From the NCBI GenBank assembly GCA_937894085.1, contig CALCSG010000217.1:2199-66198 (forward strand): a stretch of 64,000 bases of DNA. The letters are read 5' to 3'. This DNA is from an uncultured Gammaproteobacteria bacterium. GTDB taxonomy: Bacteria > Pseudomonadota > Gammaproteobacteria > GCA-001735895. A model generated the notes under the pieces. That model saw only the letters and a program-made list of their open reading frames with translations. It was not told where the DNA came from and searched no databases. This document shows, piece by piece, positions 19,139 through 27,909 of the stretch. Within the stretch, counting starts at the first letter, position 1; each line of letters opens with the position of its first letter. The position numbers and the translations under genes are program-made.

Positions 19139-20059
19139 TTAATGTTTTATCGGCATGATAGCCGGCAGTTCTGCAGCATCTGCCGGGGTAGCCAGTGCCA
19201 CGACTTGCGGACGTTGAAGTTTGGATAGCGGGCCGAGACTGTTCAGGTAGCTATGGTCAAATTCATTCTTTCGATACACAGAGAAATCAACCGGATTATC
19301 GCGAAAACTTTTTAAAGGTTGTCCAAGGCTACGAATACCAACTTCACGATCTCTGCGTACACGTGAAAGATTGATTTCTACAGGAATGACCTCTTCGCCA
19401 CTACCAGCCTGATGAATAACATAACCGGAAGGCCCTACCACAATGGAGTGACCGTTGCCGCATTCACCAGTGCCGTTAATATCGAAAAAATAACACTGAT
19501 TGATCGCTGCCATTGCTCTTGCAATAGGAAGCTCAACATCCCGGTCGATGGTATCCGTCATGGTTGGATGCAGGATCACCTCAGCGCCCATAGATACCAG
19601 GGTGCGTGTAGTTTCTGGAAACCACATATCGTAGCAGATGGATACACCGAATCGCCCTACTTCTGGCACATCAAAAACGAGAAATTCCGTACCCGACTCA
19701 ACGCCGAGTTCATAGGGACGAAATGGAAACATCTTGCGGTATCGACCCACCACATGGCCATACGGATTGATCACGGATGCTGTGTTGTACAATAGTTCAC
19801 CGTAACTTTCAAACATAGAACCCGGCAGTAACCAGAGGCCATAGCGGCTGGCTATTTCACAAAAATGGGCTTCTGCCGGCCCGGGCATGGGTTGCGCGTG
19901 CTCTGGTGACGGGCCGAAGGTTGCAAGCTCGCTAAAAACTATCATCTGTACCCAGGGGAAACGGTTCACTATGGAGACAATGCGTTTTTCCATTGCCTCG
20001 ATATTATTACCTGCCAATGAAACATTCATTTGGACACCTGCAATACAAAAAGGTACCAT
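19139..20059 (-). CDS. Carbon-nitrogen hydrolase family amidase (nitrilase superfamily)
   Basis: 306 aa. Contains a GVSICYDMWFPE-type catalytic Cys block consistent with the E-K-C triad fold. Confidence 0.8.
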   Translation of the reverse strand: MVPFCIAGVQMNVSLAGNNIEAMEKRIVSIVNRFPWVQMIVFSELATFGPSPEHAQPMPGPAEAHFCEIASRYGLWLLPGSMFESYGELLYNTASVINPYGHVVGRYRKMFPFRPYELGVESGTEFLVFDVPEVGRFGVSICYDMWFPETTRTLVSMGAEVILHPTMTDTIDRDVELPIARAMAAINQCYFFDINGTGECGNGHSIVVGPSGYVIHQAGSGEEVIPVEINLSRVRRDREVGIRSLGQPLKSFRDNPVDFSVYRKNEFDHSYLNSLGPLSKLQRPQVVALATPADAAELPAIMPIKH

Positions 20060-20554
20060 TATTTTTTACCCCCGTTAAAAATAAATACAGTAACTCATTG
20101 ACCGCTGAATGCTACCTGCCTAATAAGACCGTAAGAATATATCTTTATTTGAATATGCTAGCTTTTATTGTATATGTTATGGCTATACGATACTTTCACA
20201 GAGTTGAAACTGTATATTCAGTTTACTACATTTAACAGAAACCTGATTCCTCTATCATGAAATGATGCATCAGCTTAGCCAGAATAAATTTCAGCTGATT
20301 AATTATAAAAAATGTATAGTTGGCTTTTTTCATACCTTAACTTTCAACATCCATGCTTTAAGTATGATAATTTTAGTGCAAGCATAATATATACAAAGAA
20401 TCGTAAAAACATTATAAACAACCATAGAAGCATCGATTCATAAAGAATATTATGGATAGTTATTAAAATATCCAGATATAAAAAGGCCGAATTTCTGTGA
20501 AGTCAGACCATTTCAATCGTTTCGGTATTAACCAAAGTCAAGAGGAATAAAATA

Positions 20555-21529
20555 ATGAAAATTAAAAATAAAATTTTTTGTAGTGCGCTGGTATCCGCAG
20601 CGATTTGCTGGGCGGGAAGTGTTACTGCTGCAGACCAGAAATACGTAACGATAGGTACTGGTGGTCAAACAGGTGTGTATTATGTTGTAGGTCAGTCCAT
20701 CTGCAAACTGGTCAACCGTGGCCAGAAACAACATGGTATCAAATGTACAGCACCATCTACCGGTGGTTCTGTGGCGAATCTGAACGCGATCAAGGCTGGT
20801 CAGCAGAATATGGGTGTGGCCCAGTCTGACTGGCAATATCATGCCTACAAAGGCACCAGCAAGTTCGAAGATCAGGGTGCTAACAATAATCTACGTCATG
20901 TTTTCTCGGTCCATCTGGAGCCCTTCACAATTGTTGCCAGAGCTGATTCCGGCATCAAAACTTTTGATGACCTGAAAGGCAAGCGCGTTAACATCGGAAA
21001 CCCCGGTTCAGGTCAACGCGGCACCATGGAAGTTATCATGGAAGCAAAGGGCTGGACCAATGATGTATTCAAGTTCACCTCCGAATTGAAATCAGCAGAA
21101 CAGGCTCAGGCGCTGTGTGATAACAAAATAGATGCAATGGTGTTTGTGGTCGGTCACCCCAGTGGGTCCATCAAGGAAGCAACCACTTCCTGCGATTCTA
21201 TTCTGATACCGGTAACAGGTCCTACAATTGATAAGCTGGTTGCGGATAATTCTTACTATGCGAAAGCGGTTATCCCGGGTGGGATGTATACAGGTACGGA
21301 TGCGGATACCAATACCTTTGGTGTGGCAGCGACTTTTGTATCCTCTACCGATACCGATGAAGATACTATCTACCAGGTGGTAAAAGCTGTTTTTGATAAT
21401 TTCGAAATTTTCAAAAAATTACATCCAGCGTTTGTAAATCTTGATAAAAAGAAGATGATCAATGATGGTCGTACCGCACCTTTGCACGATGGTTCGGTAA
21501 AGTATTTTAAAGAAGCTGGTTTAATGTAA
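20555..21529 (+). CDS. TRAP transporter solute receptor, TAXI family
   Basis: 324 aa with a signal peptide. TAXI-family signature (TIGTGGQTGVYY...GGSVANLNAIKAGQ). Confidence 0.85.
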   Translation: MKIKNKIFCSALVSAAICWAGSVTAADQKYVTIGTGGQTGVYYVVGQSICKLVNRGQKQHGIKCTAPSTGGSVANLNAIKAGQQNMGVAQSDWQYHAYKGTSKFEDQGANNNLRHVFSVHLEPFTIVARADSGIKTFDDLKGKRVNIGNPGSGQRGTMEVIMEAKGWTNDVFKFTSELKSAEQAQALCDNKIDAMVFVVGHPSGSIKEATTSCDSILIPVTGPTIDKLVADNSYYAKAVIPGGMYTGTDADTNTFGVAATFVSSTDTDEDTIYQVVKAVFDNFEIFKKLHPAFVNLDKKKMINDGRTAPLHDGSVKYFKEAGLM

Positions 21530-21584
21530 GTCCGAATGCCGGTAGATTATCCTGGTAACAGGTAAACTGCTAAATTCGTTTTTT

Positions 21585-21620
21585 CTGTCCTGCGACGACT
21601 GTAATGTCTTTGCAGGACAG
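21585..21620 (+). other. Stem-loop (9-bp stem ctgtcctgc/gcaggacag) in the TRAP SBP-permease intergenic region
   Basis: Perfect 9-bp inverted repeat with an 18-nt loop. Could attenuate read-through from the binding-protein gene into the permease gene. Confidence 0.35.
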
Positions 21621-21916
21621 CACAATTAAAAATAAATAATAAGGGGTTTGTCAGAACCCTGTTTTCCGCTACCACCGGCTTTTCTGAATGTGTTTGAAGT
21701 TGTGTTTCACCGCAGGATGTTTAACCAGCGATTACCGATTACGGTCAGTTGCTGTTAATTAAATGCCACGACCATTTTCCGGATCTTAATTTAATACCTG
21801 TTTATACGATTGAGGTAGCAAAAGCTGACACAGTTATAAAAAGCATTGAAAGTTTCAGGAGGAAGGTTTCATTGCATCCTAAAATAAAAATATTCATGAC
21901 TTGAGGGGAATGAACA

Positions 21917-24529
21917 ATGACCGATGAAACGATAAAAACGGCTGCCGAAAAGGAAGCGGAGCTGCAGGATTTAATTGCACAGGTTGATACAGGGCCACGA
22001 AACCCGAGCGGAATGTCCAAAAAAATTATTCTTGGCGTTGCTGCGCTCTGGTCACTATTCCAGTTGTGGATTGCTTCGCCTTTACCTTTTGTGGCCGGTT
22101 TTGCCATTTTTAACGATACCGAAGCACGCTCCATCCACCTGGCGATTGCCATTTTTCTGGCATTCCTTGCCTATCCGGCACTGAAAGGTTCACCGCGCGA
22201 TAGAATTCCTGTGCAGGACTGGGTACTGGCCATAGTTGGTTCATTTTCTGCGGCTTATATTTACATTTTCTATGTTGAACTCTCTGCAAGACCCGGTGCG
22301 CCCATCATGCAGGATATTGTTGTTGGCTGCATCGGTATGGTGCTGTTGCTGGAAGCCACTCGTCGCGCCCTCGGGCCGCCGTTAATGGTGGTGGCCATGA
22401 TCTTCCTGATATATACCTTCGCAGGACCTTACATGCCGGAGATCATCGCTCACCAGGGTCAGGAGCTAAGTTCGGTTGTTAACCATCAGTGGGTAACCAC
22501 GGAAGGTGTGTTTGGTATTGCACTTGGTGTTTCAACCAGTTTCGTTTTCCTGTTTGTATTGTTCGGTGCGATGCTCGATAAGGCGGGTGCCGGTAACTAT
22601 TTTATAAAAGTCGCGTTTTCCATGCTCGGTCACCTGGCTGGCGGCCCTGCCAAAGCAGCCGTGGTGTCATCTGCCATGACCGGACTTATTTCCGGTTCCT
22701 CTATTGCAAACGTGGTAACAACGGGTACTTTCACGATACCGATGATGAAACGAGTCGGATTTTCGGCTGAAAAAGCAGGTGCTGTTGAAGTGGCTTCATC
22801 TGTAAATGGTCAGATCATGCCGCCGGTTATGGGAGCAGCGGCTTTCCTGATGGTTGAGTACGTGGGTATCACCTATTTTGAAGTGGTTACACATGCTTTC
22901 GTACCCGCACTGATTTCCTATATTGCGCTCGTATATATCGTTCATCTTGAAGCAATGAAAGCGGGTATGAAAGGTTTACCCAGGGTGAGTGCGGTTAAAC
23001 CATGGCAACAGAAGTTAATGGGTATGCTACTCGGTTTTATAGGCACTGCGGGGGTAGCTGCGGTGGTCTACTATGGCATGGGCTGGATTAAACCTACATT
23101 TGGCGATGCTGCGATTTATGTTATCTCAATTCTGCTGGCGAGTGTGTATGTCTACCTGATCTGGATCGGTAGTCGTCACCCTGAGCTGGAGCTGGATGAC
23201 CCCAACGCACCCATGGTCAAATTGCCTGAAACAGGACCGACCGTTAAATCGGGCTTACACTTTATTCTTCCGGTAGTTGTGCTGGTCTGGTGCCTGATGG
23301 TTGAAAGACTTTCACCTGGACTATCGGCATTCTGGGCCACTGCTTTTATGATCTTTATCCTGGTTACACAAAAGCCTTTATTTGCGTTTTTTCGTGGCAA
23401 TTCAGATCAGATTGGAGCCAGTGTCAGACAGGGTTTTCAGGACCTTCTGGACGGATTGATTGATGGCGCACGCAACATGATCGGTATCGGTATAGCGACA
23501 GCGACAGCCGGTGTGATTGTGGGTGCTGTATCGCAAACCGGGGTAGGCGCTGTACTCGCTGATCTGGTCGAGATTATGTCTTTTGGCAACCTGCTGTTGA
23601 TGCTGTTACTGACAGCGGTACTCAGCCTGATCCTCGGTATGGGTCTACCGACCACGGCCAACTACATTGTGGTTTCATCTCTGCTGGCTCCGGTTATAGT
23701 CACATTAGGCCAGCAGTCTGGTCTGATCGTGCCGTTGATTGCAGTTCATCTCTTCGTGTTCTATTTTGGTATCATGGCGGATGTAACTCCACCGGTCGGG
23801 CTGGCCTCTTTTGCTGCTGCTGCGATCTCGGGTGGTGATCCCATAAAGACAGGTTTTGTCGCCTTCTTTTACAGCCTGCGTACCGCAGTCCTGCCTTTCC
23901 TGTTTATTTTCAATACCGATATACTGCTAATCAATGTGGGGTGGGCCGAAGGTATCTTTGTGTTCATTGTCTCGACAATTGGTATTCTCATCTTTACTGC
24001 CGCCACGCAGGGCTATTTTATTACCCGTAACCGTTTCTATGAATCACTGGCGATGATACTGATTGCTTTTACCCTGTTTCGTCCGGGTTTCTGGATGGAT
24101 ATTATGGTGCCGCCATTTCATGAACGTGCTGCCACTCAACTGGTTGAAGAAGCAGGAAAAATGAACCCGGGTGATCAATTACGCCTCGAAGTCGATGGAG
24201 TAGATGAAGTGGGAAGCCCACGCAGTTTCATCGCGCTATTGACTATGCCGGAGGGCAAGGATGGTGCTGAACGCCTTGCTAAAGCCGGTCTGGATTTTAG
24301 TGTTGATGGTGACCTTGTGCTGATCAATAATGCGGCCTTTGATAGTGTGGCCGAAAAAGCCGGGCTGGAATTTGATCAGAAAATTACCGGAATGATGGCC
24401 CCGCAATCGCAGCCTTATAAGCAGTTTATGTTTATCCCTGCACTGTTATTACTGGCCTTGATCTGGCGCGTACAGCGAAAACGCCGTGATGAGAATACTG
24501 GAACCGCAACGAAACCAATCGAAGCATAA
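21917..24529 (+). CDS. TRAP transporter fused 4TM/12TM permease (TAXI-associated)
   Basis: 870 aa, polytopic. DctM-like core with a fused small-subunit-like region. Directly follows the TAXI receptor gene. Confidence 0.85.
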   Translation: MTDETIKTAAEKEAELQDLIAQVDTGPRNPSGMSKKIILGVAALWSLFQLWIASPLPFVAGFAIFNDTEARSIHLAIAIFLAFLAYPALKGSPRDRIPVQDWVLAIVGSFSAAYIYIFYVELSARPGAPIMQDIVVGCIGMVLLLEATRRALGPPLMVVAMIFLIYTFAGPYMPEIIAHQGQELSSVVNHQWVTTEGVFGIALGVSTSFVFLFVLFGAMLDKAGAGNYFIKVAFSMLGHLAGGPAKAAVVSSAMTGLISGSSIANVVTTGTFTIPMMKRVGFSAEKAGAVEVASSVNGQIMPPVMGAAAFLMVEYVGITYFEVVTHAFVPALISYIALVYIVHLEAMKAGMKGLPRVSAVKPWQQKLMGMLLGFIGTAGVAAVVYYGMGWIKPTFGDAAIYVISILLASVYVYLIWIGSRHPELELDDPNAPMVKLPETGPTVKSGLHFILPVVVLVWCLMVERLSPGLSAFWATAFMIFILVTQKPLFAFFRGNSDQIGASVRQGFQDLLDGLIDGARNMIGIGIATATAGVIVGAVSQTGVGAVLADLVEIMSFGNLLLMLLLTAVLSLILGMGLPTTANYIVVSSLLAPVIVTLGQQSGLIVPLIAVHLFVFYFGIMADVTPPVGLASFAAAAISGGDPIKTGFVAFFYSLRTAVLPFLFIFNTDILLINVGWAEGIFVFIVSTIGILIFTAATQGYFITRNRFYESLAMILIAFTLFRPGFWMDIMVPPFHERAATQLVEEAGKMNPGDQLRLEVDGVDEVGSPRSFIALLTMPEGKDGAERLAKAGLDFSVDGDLVLINNAAFDSVAEKAGLEFDQKITGMMAPQSQPYKQFMFIPALLLLALIWRVQRKRRDENTGTATKPIEA

Positions 24530-24543
24530 AAGGAGCCTATGAA

Positions 24544-24996
24544 ATGTATAAAGATATCTTGTTACCAATTGATCTTAACCATAAAAGCTCCTGGCGAACA
24601 TCATTGCCGGTAGCGTTGGGTTTTTGTCAATGTTTTAAAGCCCGCCTGCACGTGATGACGGTTATTCCAAATTACGGTATGTCTATGGTCGGTGAGTATT
24701 TCCCCGAAGGGTTTGAAAAGAAGCATGTTGAAAGTGCAAATAAGTTGTTGCATGCCTTTACTCTTGAACATATACCGAAAGAGGTTGAGGTACAGCACAT
24801 CGTGGCTCAAGGAACAACTTATAAGGAGGTTCTGACTACCGCAGAAAAAATAGATGTGGACCTGATCATTATGGGTTCTCACCGACCCGAGTTGAAGGAT
24901 TATCTGCTGGGGCCTAATTCGGAGAGGGTTGTCAGGCATTCTCCTCGCTCGGTACTGGTGGTTCGCGATAATCAGCCCAACGATGAACTTTTATAA
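24544..24996 (+). CDS. Universal stress protein (UspA family)
   Basis: 150 aa. C-terminal DLIIMGSHRPELKDYLLGPNSERVVRHSPRSVLVV matches the UspA ATP-binding motif region. Confidence 0.8.
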   Translation: MYKDILLPIDLNHKSSWRTSLPVALGFCQCFKARLHVMTVIPNYGMSMVGEYFPEGFEKKHVESANKLLHAFTLEHIPKEVEVQHIVAQGTTYKEVLTTAEKIDVDLIIMGSHRPELKDYLLGPNSERVVRHSPRSVLVVRDNQPNDELL

Positions 24997-25360
24997 CAAA
25001 AATTCCTGCTGTTAAAATTCCACTCAGATCGTGTCCAATACGGGCACGACCTGAGCGGTTTATTCAGGCTAATCGTTCTTCCAGTACAACCCGAACATTA
25101 GCCCTTACCCCCCAATTACGAACAAAGTTGAAAGCACTCTCCTGTGCGTTGAATTTTCAGAAAATTCTGATATTACAGGCATCCCGCTCTCACCCTTAAC
25201 TTGTTCGACAAATTGCATATCAGACAATCGCACATATGGACAGAGTGTTTAGCACCCCGGTTCATCGTATGGCTATGGGCTTTCGCAGTGCAGCAGGTTT
25301 GGGCGTGATTAACGGGAAACCGGGTGAGCGAATTGCTCACGTCCGGATCTGTGTGAAGGG

Positions 25361-25386
25361 GATGGGCAGCAATGGCTGCCTTTAAC
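25361..25386 (+). terminator. Terminator-like hairpin (ggcagc-aatg-gctgcc-ttt) at the 3' end of a structured intergenic segment
   Basis: 6-bp GC stem plus a TTT run. Lies between convergent genes. May terminate a small plus-strand transcript (see findings). Confidence 0.3.
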
Positions 25387-25413
25387 TACCTGCTACGTTA
25401 GTGGATAGTTTAT

Positions 25414-26406
25414 TCAGGCCAGTACTTTTAACTTTGATGGATAGCGAATGATTCTTCGGCCTTCTTCAAAATTGTCGAAGCTGTGTTGCCAGGTAGTTCC
25501 CGGCCAGCGAAGCTCCATCTGGCCTTTTGCCGGCCGGTAAACCGAAGTGTAAACGGTGCCGAAACCCCGATCGTACTCTGTCGAATATAATGGTGGGCTA
25601 AGAAAAGATTTTATAAAACCTTTCTCAGTTTCTTCCGTATCCGCCAGTCGACAGGACAGAAATTGCTCCCGTTCCAGTGATGACGTTGCGTTGGCGTGTC
25701 TGACCCACTCGATACGCCCCTGATGGTTGGTGGCGACCGGTATTTTTCGAATCACCGGAGCACGGTCAGGAGATAAAAAAGCTGTCTGGAACTGACCATG
25801 CTTATCCAGCAGGGTGACATTATACGACATGTGCGTCGGTATATGCGTCAACACTTCAACCGCCTGCTCGGTGCTATCGCAAAACTCCAGTACATATCTC
25901 AATATCAGAGGTACGCCAAAGCCATAGCCGACAACCTTGCGCCCGCCAAATGAAAGCGAAACGGATAGCCCATCGTCATTCATTCCATCCAGTACGCCCC
26001 ATAGACAGTCACCCATTGCTATGACCCGTTTATCGTTCCAGCGAGTCATCAAAAGACTGCCTTCGCACAGACGCGGGCTGTAATCATAGTTACGCACCAG
26101 CACCGACTCATGCCGGTCTGGCCACACCGCCTGAGAACAACCAGCGATATAGGGAGGAGGACGGTACAGTGAGAGTAAACGCGCCTGCTGGTCCCCACCA
26201 CCTGCCAGGTTCAACAGGCGTTCATAGGTTGGTACCAGTTCAGGGACATATTGACGCAGCATGCGGCGCGACTCCAGATAACTGGGTCGCGCCGCATCAC
26301 CTTCGGACAAAAACCATTTGTGATAAGCGGGCCAGTGCTTTTCAAAAAAAGCCGACCATTTCTCTCCTGGCTCATCTTCTGCGATGGCGTTAAAGTGTAG
26401 TTGCAT
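25414..26406 (-). CDS. C45-family / Ntn-hydrolase-type acyltransferase-hydrolase (acyl-CoA:6-APA acyltransferase-like)
   Basis: 330 aa. An internal GCS motif (YIAGCSQAVW) matches the autoproteolytic Gly-Cys nucleophile site of C45/Ntn hydrolases. Last gene of a four-gene operon. Confidence 0.5.
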   Translation of the reverse strand: MQLHFNAIAEDEPGEKWSAFFEKHWPAYHKWFLSEGDAARPSYLESRRMLRQYVPELVPTYERLLNLAGGGDQQARLLSLYRPPPYIAGCSQAVWPDRHESVLVRNYDYSPRLCEGSLLMTRWNDKRVIAMGDCLWGVLDGMNDDGLSVSLSFGGRKVVGYGFGVPLILRYVLEFCDSTEQAVEVLTHIPTHMSYNVTLLDKHGQFQTAFLSPDRAPVIRKIPVATNHQGRIEWVRHANATSSLEREQFLSCRLADTEETEKGFIKSFLSPPLYSTEYDRGFGTVYTSVYRPAKGQMELRWPGTTWQHSFDNFEEGRRIIRYPSKLKVLA

Positions 26407-26420
26407 TTTAAAATCTATAC

Positions 26421-27875
26421 TTAAAGAATCTTAAATGCTCCATCGATACTCATCGGTATGTCGGCCTGGTCGACTTTGTCGAGGGACTGCGATGCATACA
26501 TACCGTGCAGATCGCGTATCCAGCGCTGGGCGCGTTCGTTAAGCGTAAAGTCGTCGTTCATCAATCTTTCGCGCGTAATCAGGATACCCAGATCCGCACC
26601 CTTATAGATATAATCTCCAGCACCAATAATACGCAGGTAAAAGCCTTCATTTTCAGAGGTAATACCACGACGGTGATAATCAAAGCGTTCATACATTATG
26701 CGTCCATCGTCCTGCAATTCCCAGATACCTGATTCTGGTGCACTGCTGACCCATTCAACCCGGTCCTCATTGAACTTGAGCACCAGCTGACTCCAGCTAT
26801 CGATATTCTCCGCATCCGCCCAGCGTTCATTCAGTTCACTGACATCGAGATCAAATTCAACATCCGAGAATTCGAGCAGGTGAAATAGAAATAGAGGTGC
26901 ATCGGCATGCGCGAAAGCCGCGCTGTTGGTAAGACTGCTTACGCCGGTGACACGTGGATTTAGTTCTCCCAGGTAGATCTCGCCATTGTCCTGATCAATT
27001 AGGAAGTCCAGCTCGAAGTAACCGCGATAACCTTCTTCACGCAGTACTTCACCAAATTTGAAAGTATATTCCCTGGCCTTGTCGCGCACTTCCTGGGAAA
27101 ATGCATCGGCAAAGATTTCATTACCGCACCAGCCGCCCTTGTAAGGCGTCAGTTCCTTAAAGCCAACCAGTTCAGTCATCAATGGCCCGACGATAGTACC
27201 CTGTTTGGTAGTACAGGCTTCAATAGCGGAGCCACGCACATTGACCCGTTTCATGATCTTGATCTCGGGTTCCTTCTCGATATATTTTGCGTATTTTTTA
27301 TATTCGTCTTCGTTGGAAATGAACCAGGTAGTCTTGCCGGAATCGCCAAACGCCGATTGTAAAACCAGATCATTGCCCAGCTCTGCGGAAACTTCACAAA
27401 GCTCCTTGTAGCTACCTACTTTGGACAGAATATTCGGCACGCTTGGCACCCCTGCGCGGTTTCCCAGACGCACGGTTTCGATCTTGTTGTCCACCCGCTC
27501 GCGTAGTTCGGCGGAAGGAAACCACACATCAAGGCCCAGTTCTGCACACAGCGCCTCTGTCTCTTCATTGAACATCAGAAAGACAGCTTTTCCGCCCGGC
27601 CCTTTGGACTCGATAAAATCGATGACTTCCTTATGTTGTAGCAAATAGTTATTGATATCTTCTATGCTTTCAAACTCCCGGTGAGGCATTTCACTCGGCA
27701 CAAAGACATTCGGATGGCGACCGTCAAAACAGTCGATGTAGTTGATGTAATGAAAATTACGCACCCATTCACTGACACCCAACAGATTGAAGTTGGTCGC
27801 ACTGAAGAAAAATATCGGCGTTTCATTACGATGAAAAAAACGACGTATGTCTGAAATATTTTTTAGTTTTCTCAT
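26421..27875 (-). CDS. ATP-grasp family carboxylate-amine ligase
   Basis: 484 aa. Has the ATP-grasp core (ELNPR block, YFELDFLID, Gly-rich loop) but is not closely similar to any named ligase I can identify. Confidence 0.65.
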   Translation of the reverse strand: MRKLKNISDIRRFFHRNETPIFFFSATNFNLLGVSEWVRNFHYINYIDCFDGRHPNVFVPSEMPHREFESIEDINNYLLQHKEVIDFIESKGPGGKAVFLMFNEETEALCAELGLDVWFPSAELRERVDNKIETVRLGNRAGVPSVPNILSKVGSYKELCEVSAELGNDLVLQSAFGDSGKTTWFISNEDEYKKYAKYIEKEPEIKIMKRVNVRGSAIEACTTKQGTIVGPLMTELVGFKELTPYKGGWCGNEIFADAFSQEVRDKAREYTFKFGEVLREEGYRGYFELDFLIDQDNGEIYLGELNPRVTGVSSLTNSAAFAHADAPLFLFHLLEFSDVEFDLDVSELNERWADAENIDSWSQLVLKFNEDRVEWVSSAPESGIWELQDDGRIMYERFDYHRRGITSENEGFYLRIIGAGDYIYKGADLGILITRERLMNDDFTLNERAQRWIRDLHGMYASQSLDKVDQADIPMSIDGAFKIL

Positions 27876-27909
27876 GTTAATCCTCTTGGTTTAATTTTTT
27901 TAATGTTGA

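Noticed and set aside
25236-25392. Tried to assign the structured intergenic segment to SRP (4.5S) RNA, 6S RNA, RNase P or a cobalamin/TPP/glycine riboswitch
   Set aside because: The conserved core motifs of those families (for example the GGUCCGGAAGGAAGCAGCC SRP domain IV, or the riboswitch consensus boxes) are not present. It is kept only as an unclassified candidate sRNA.
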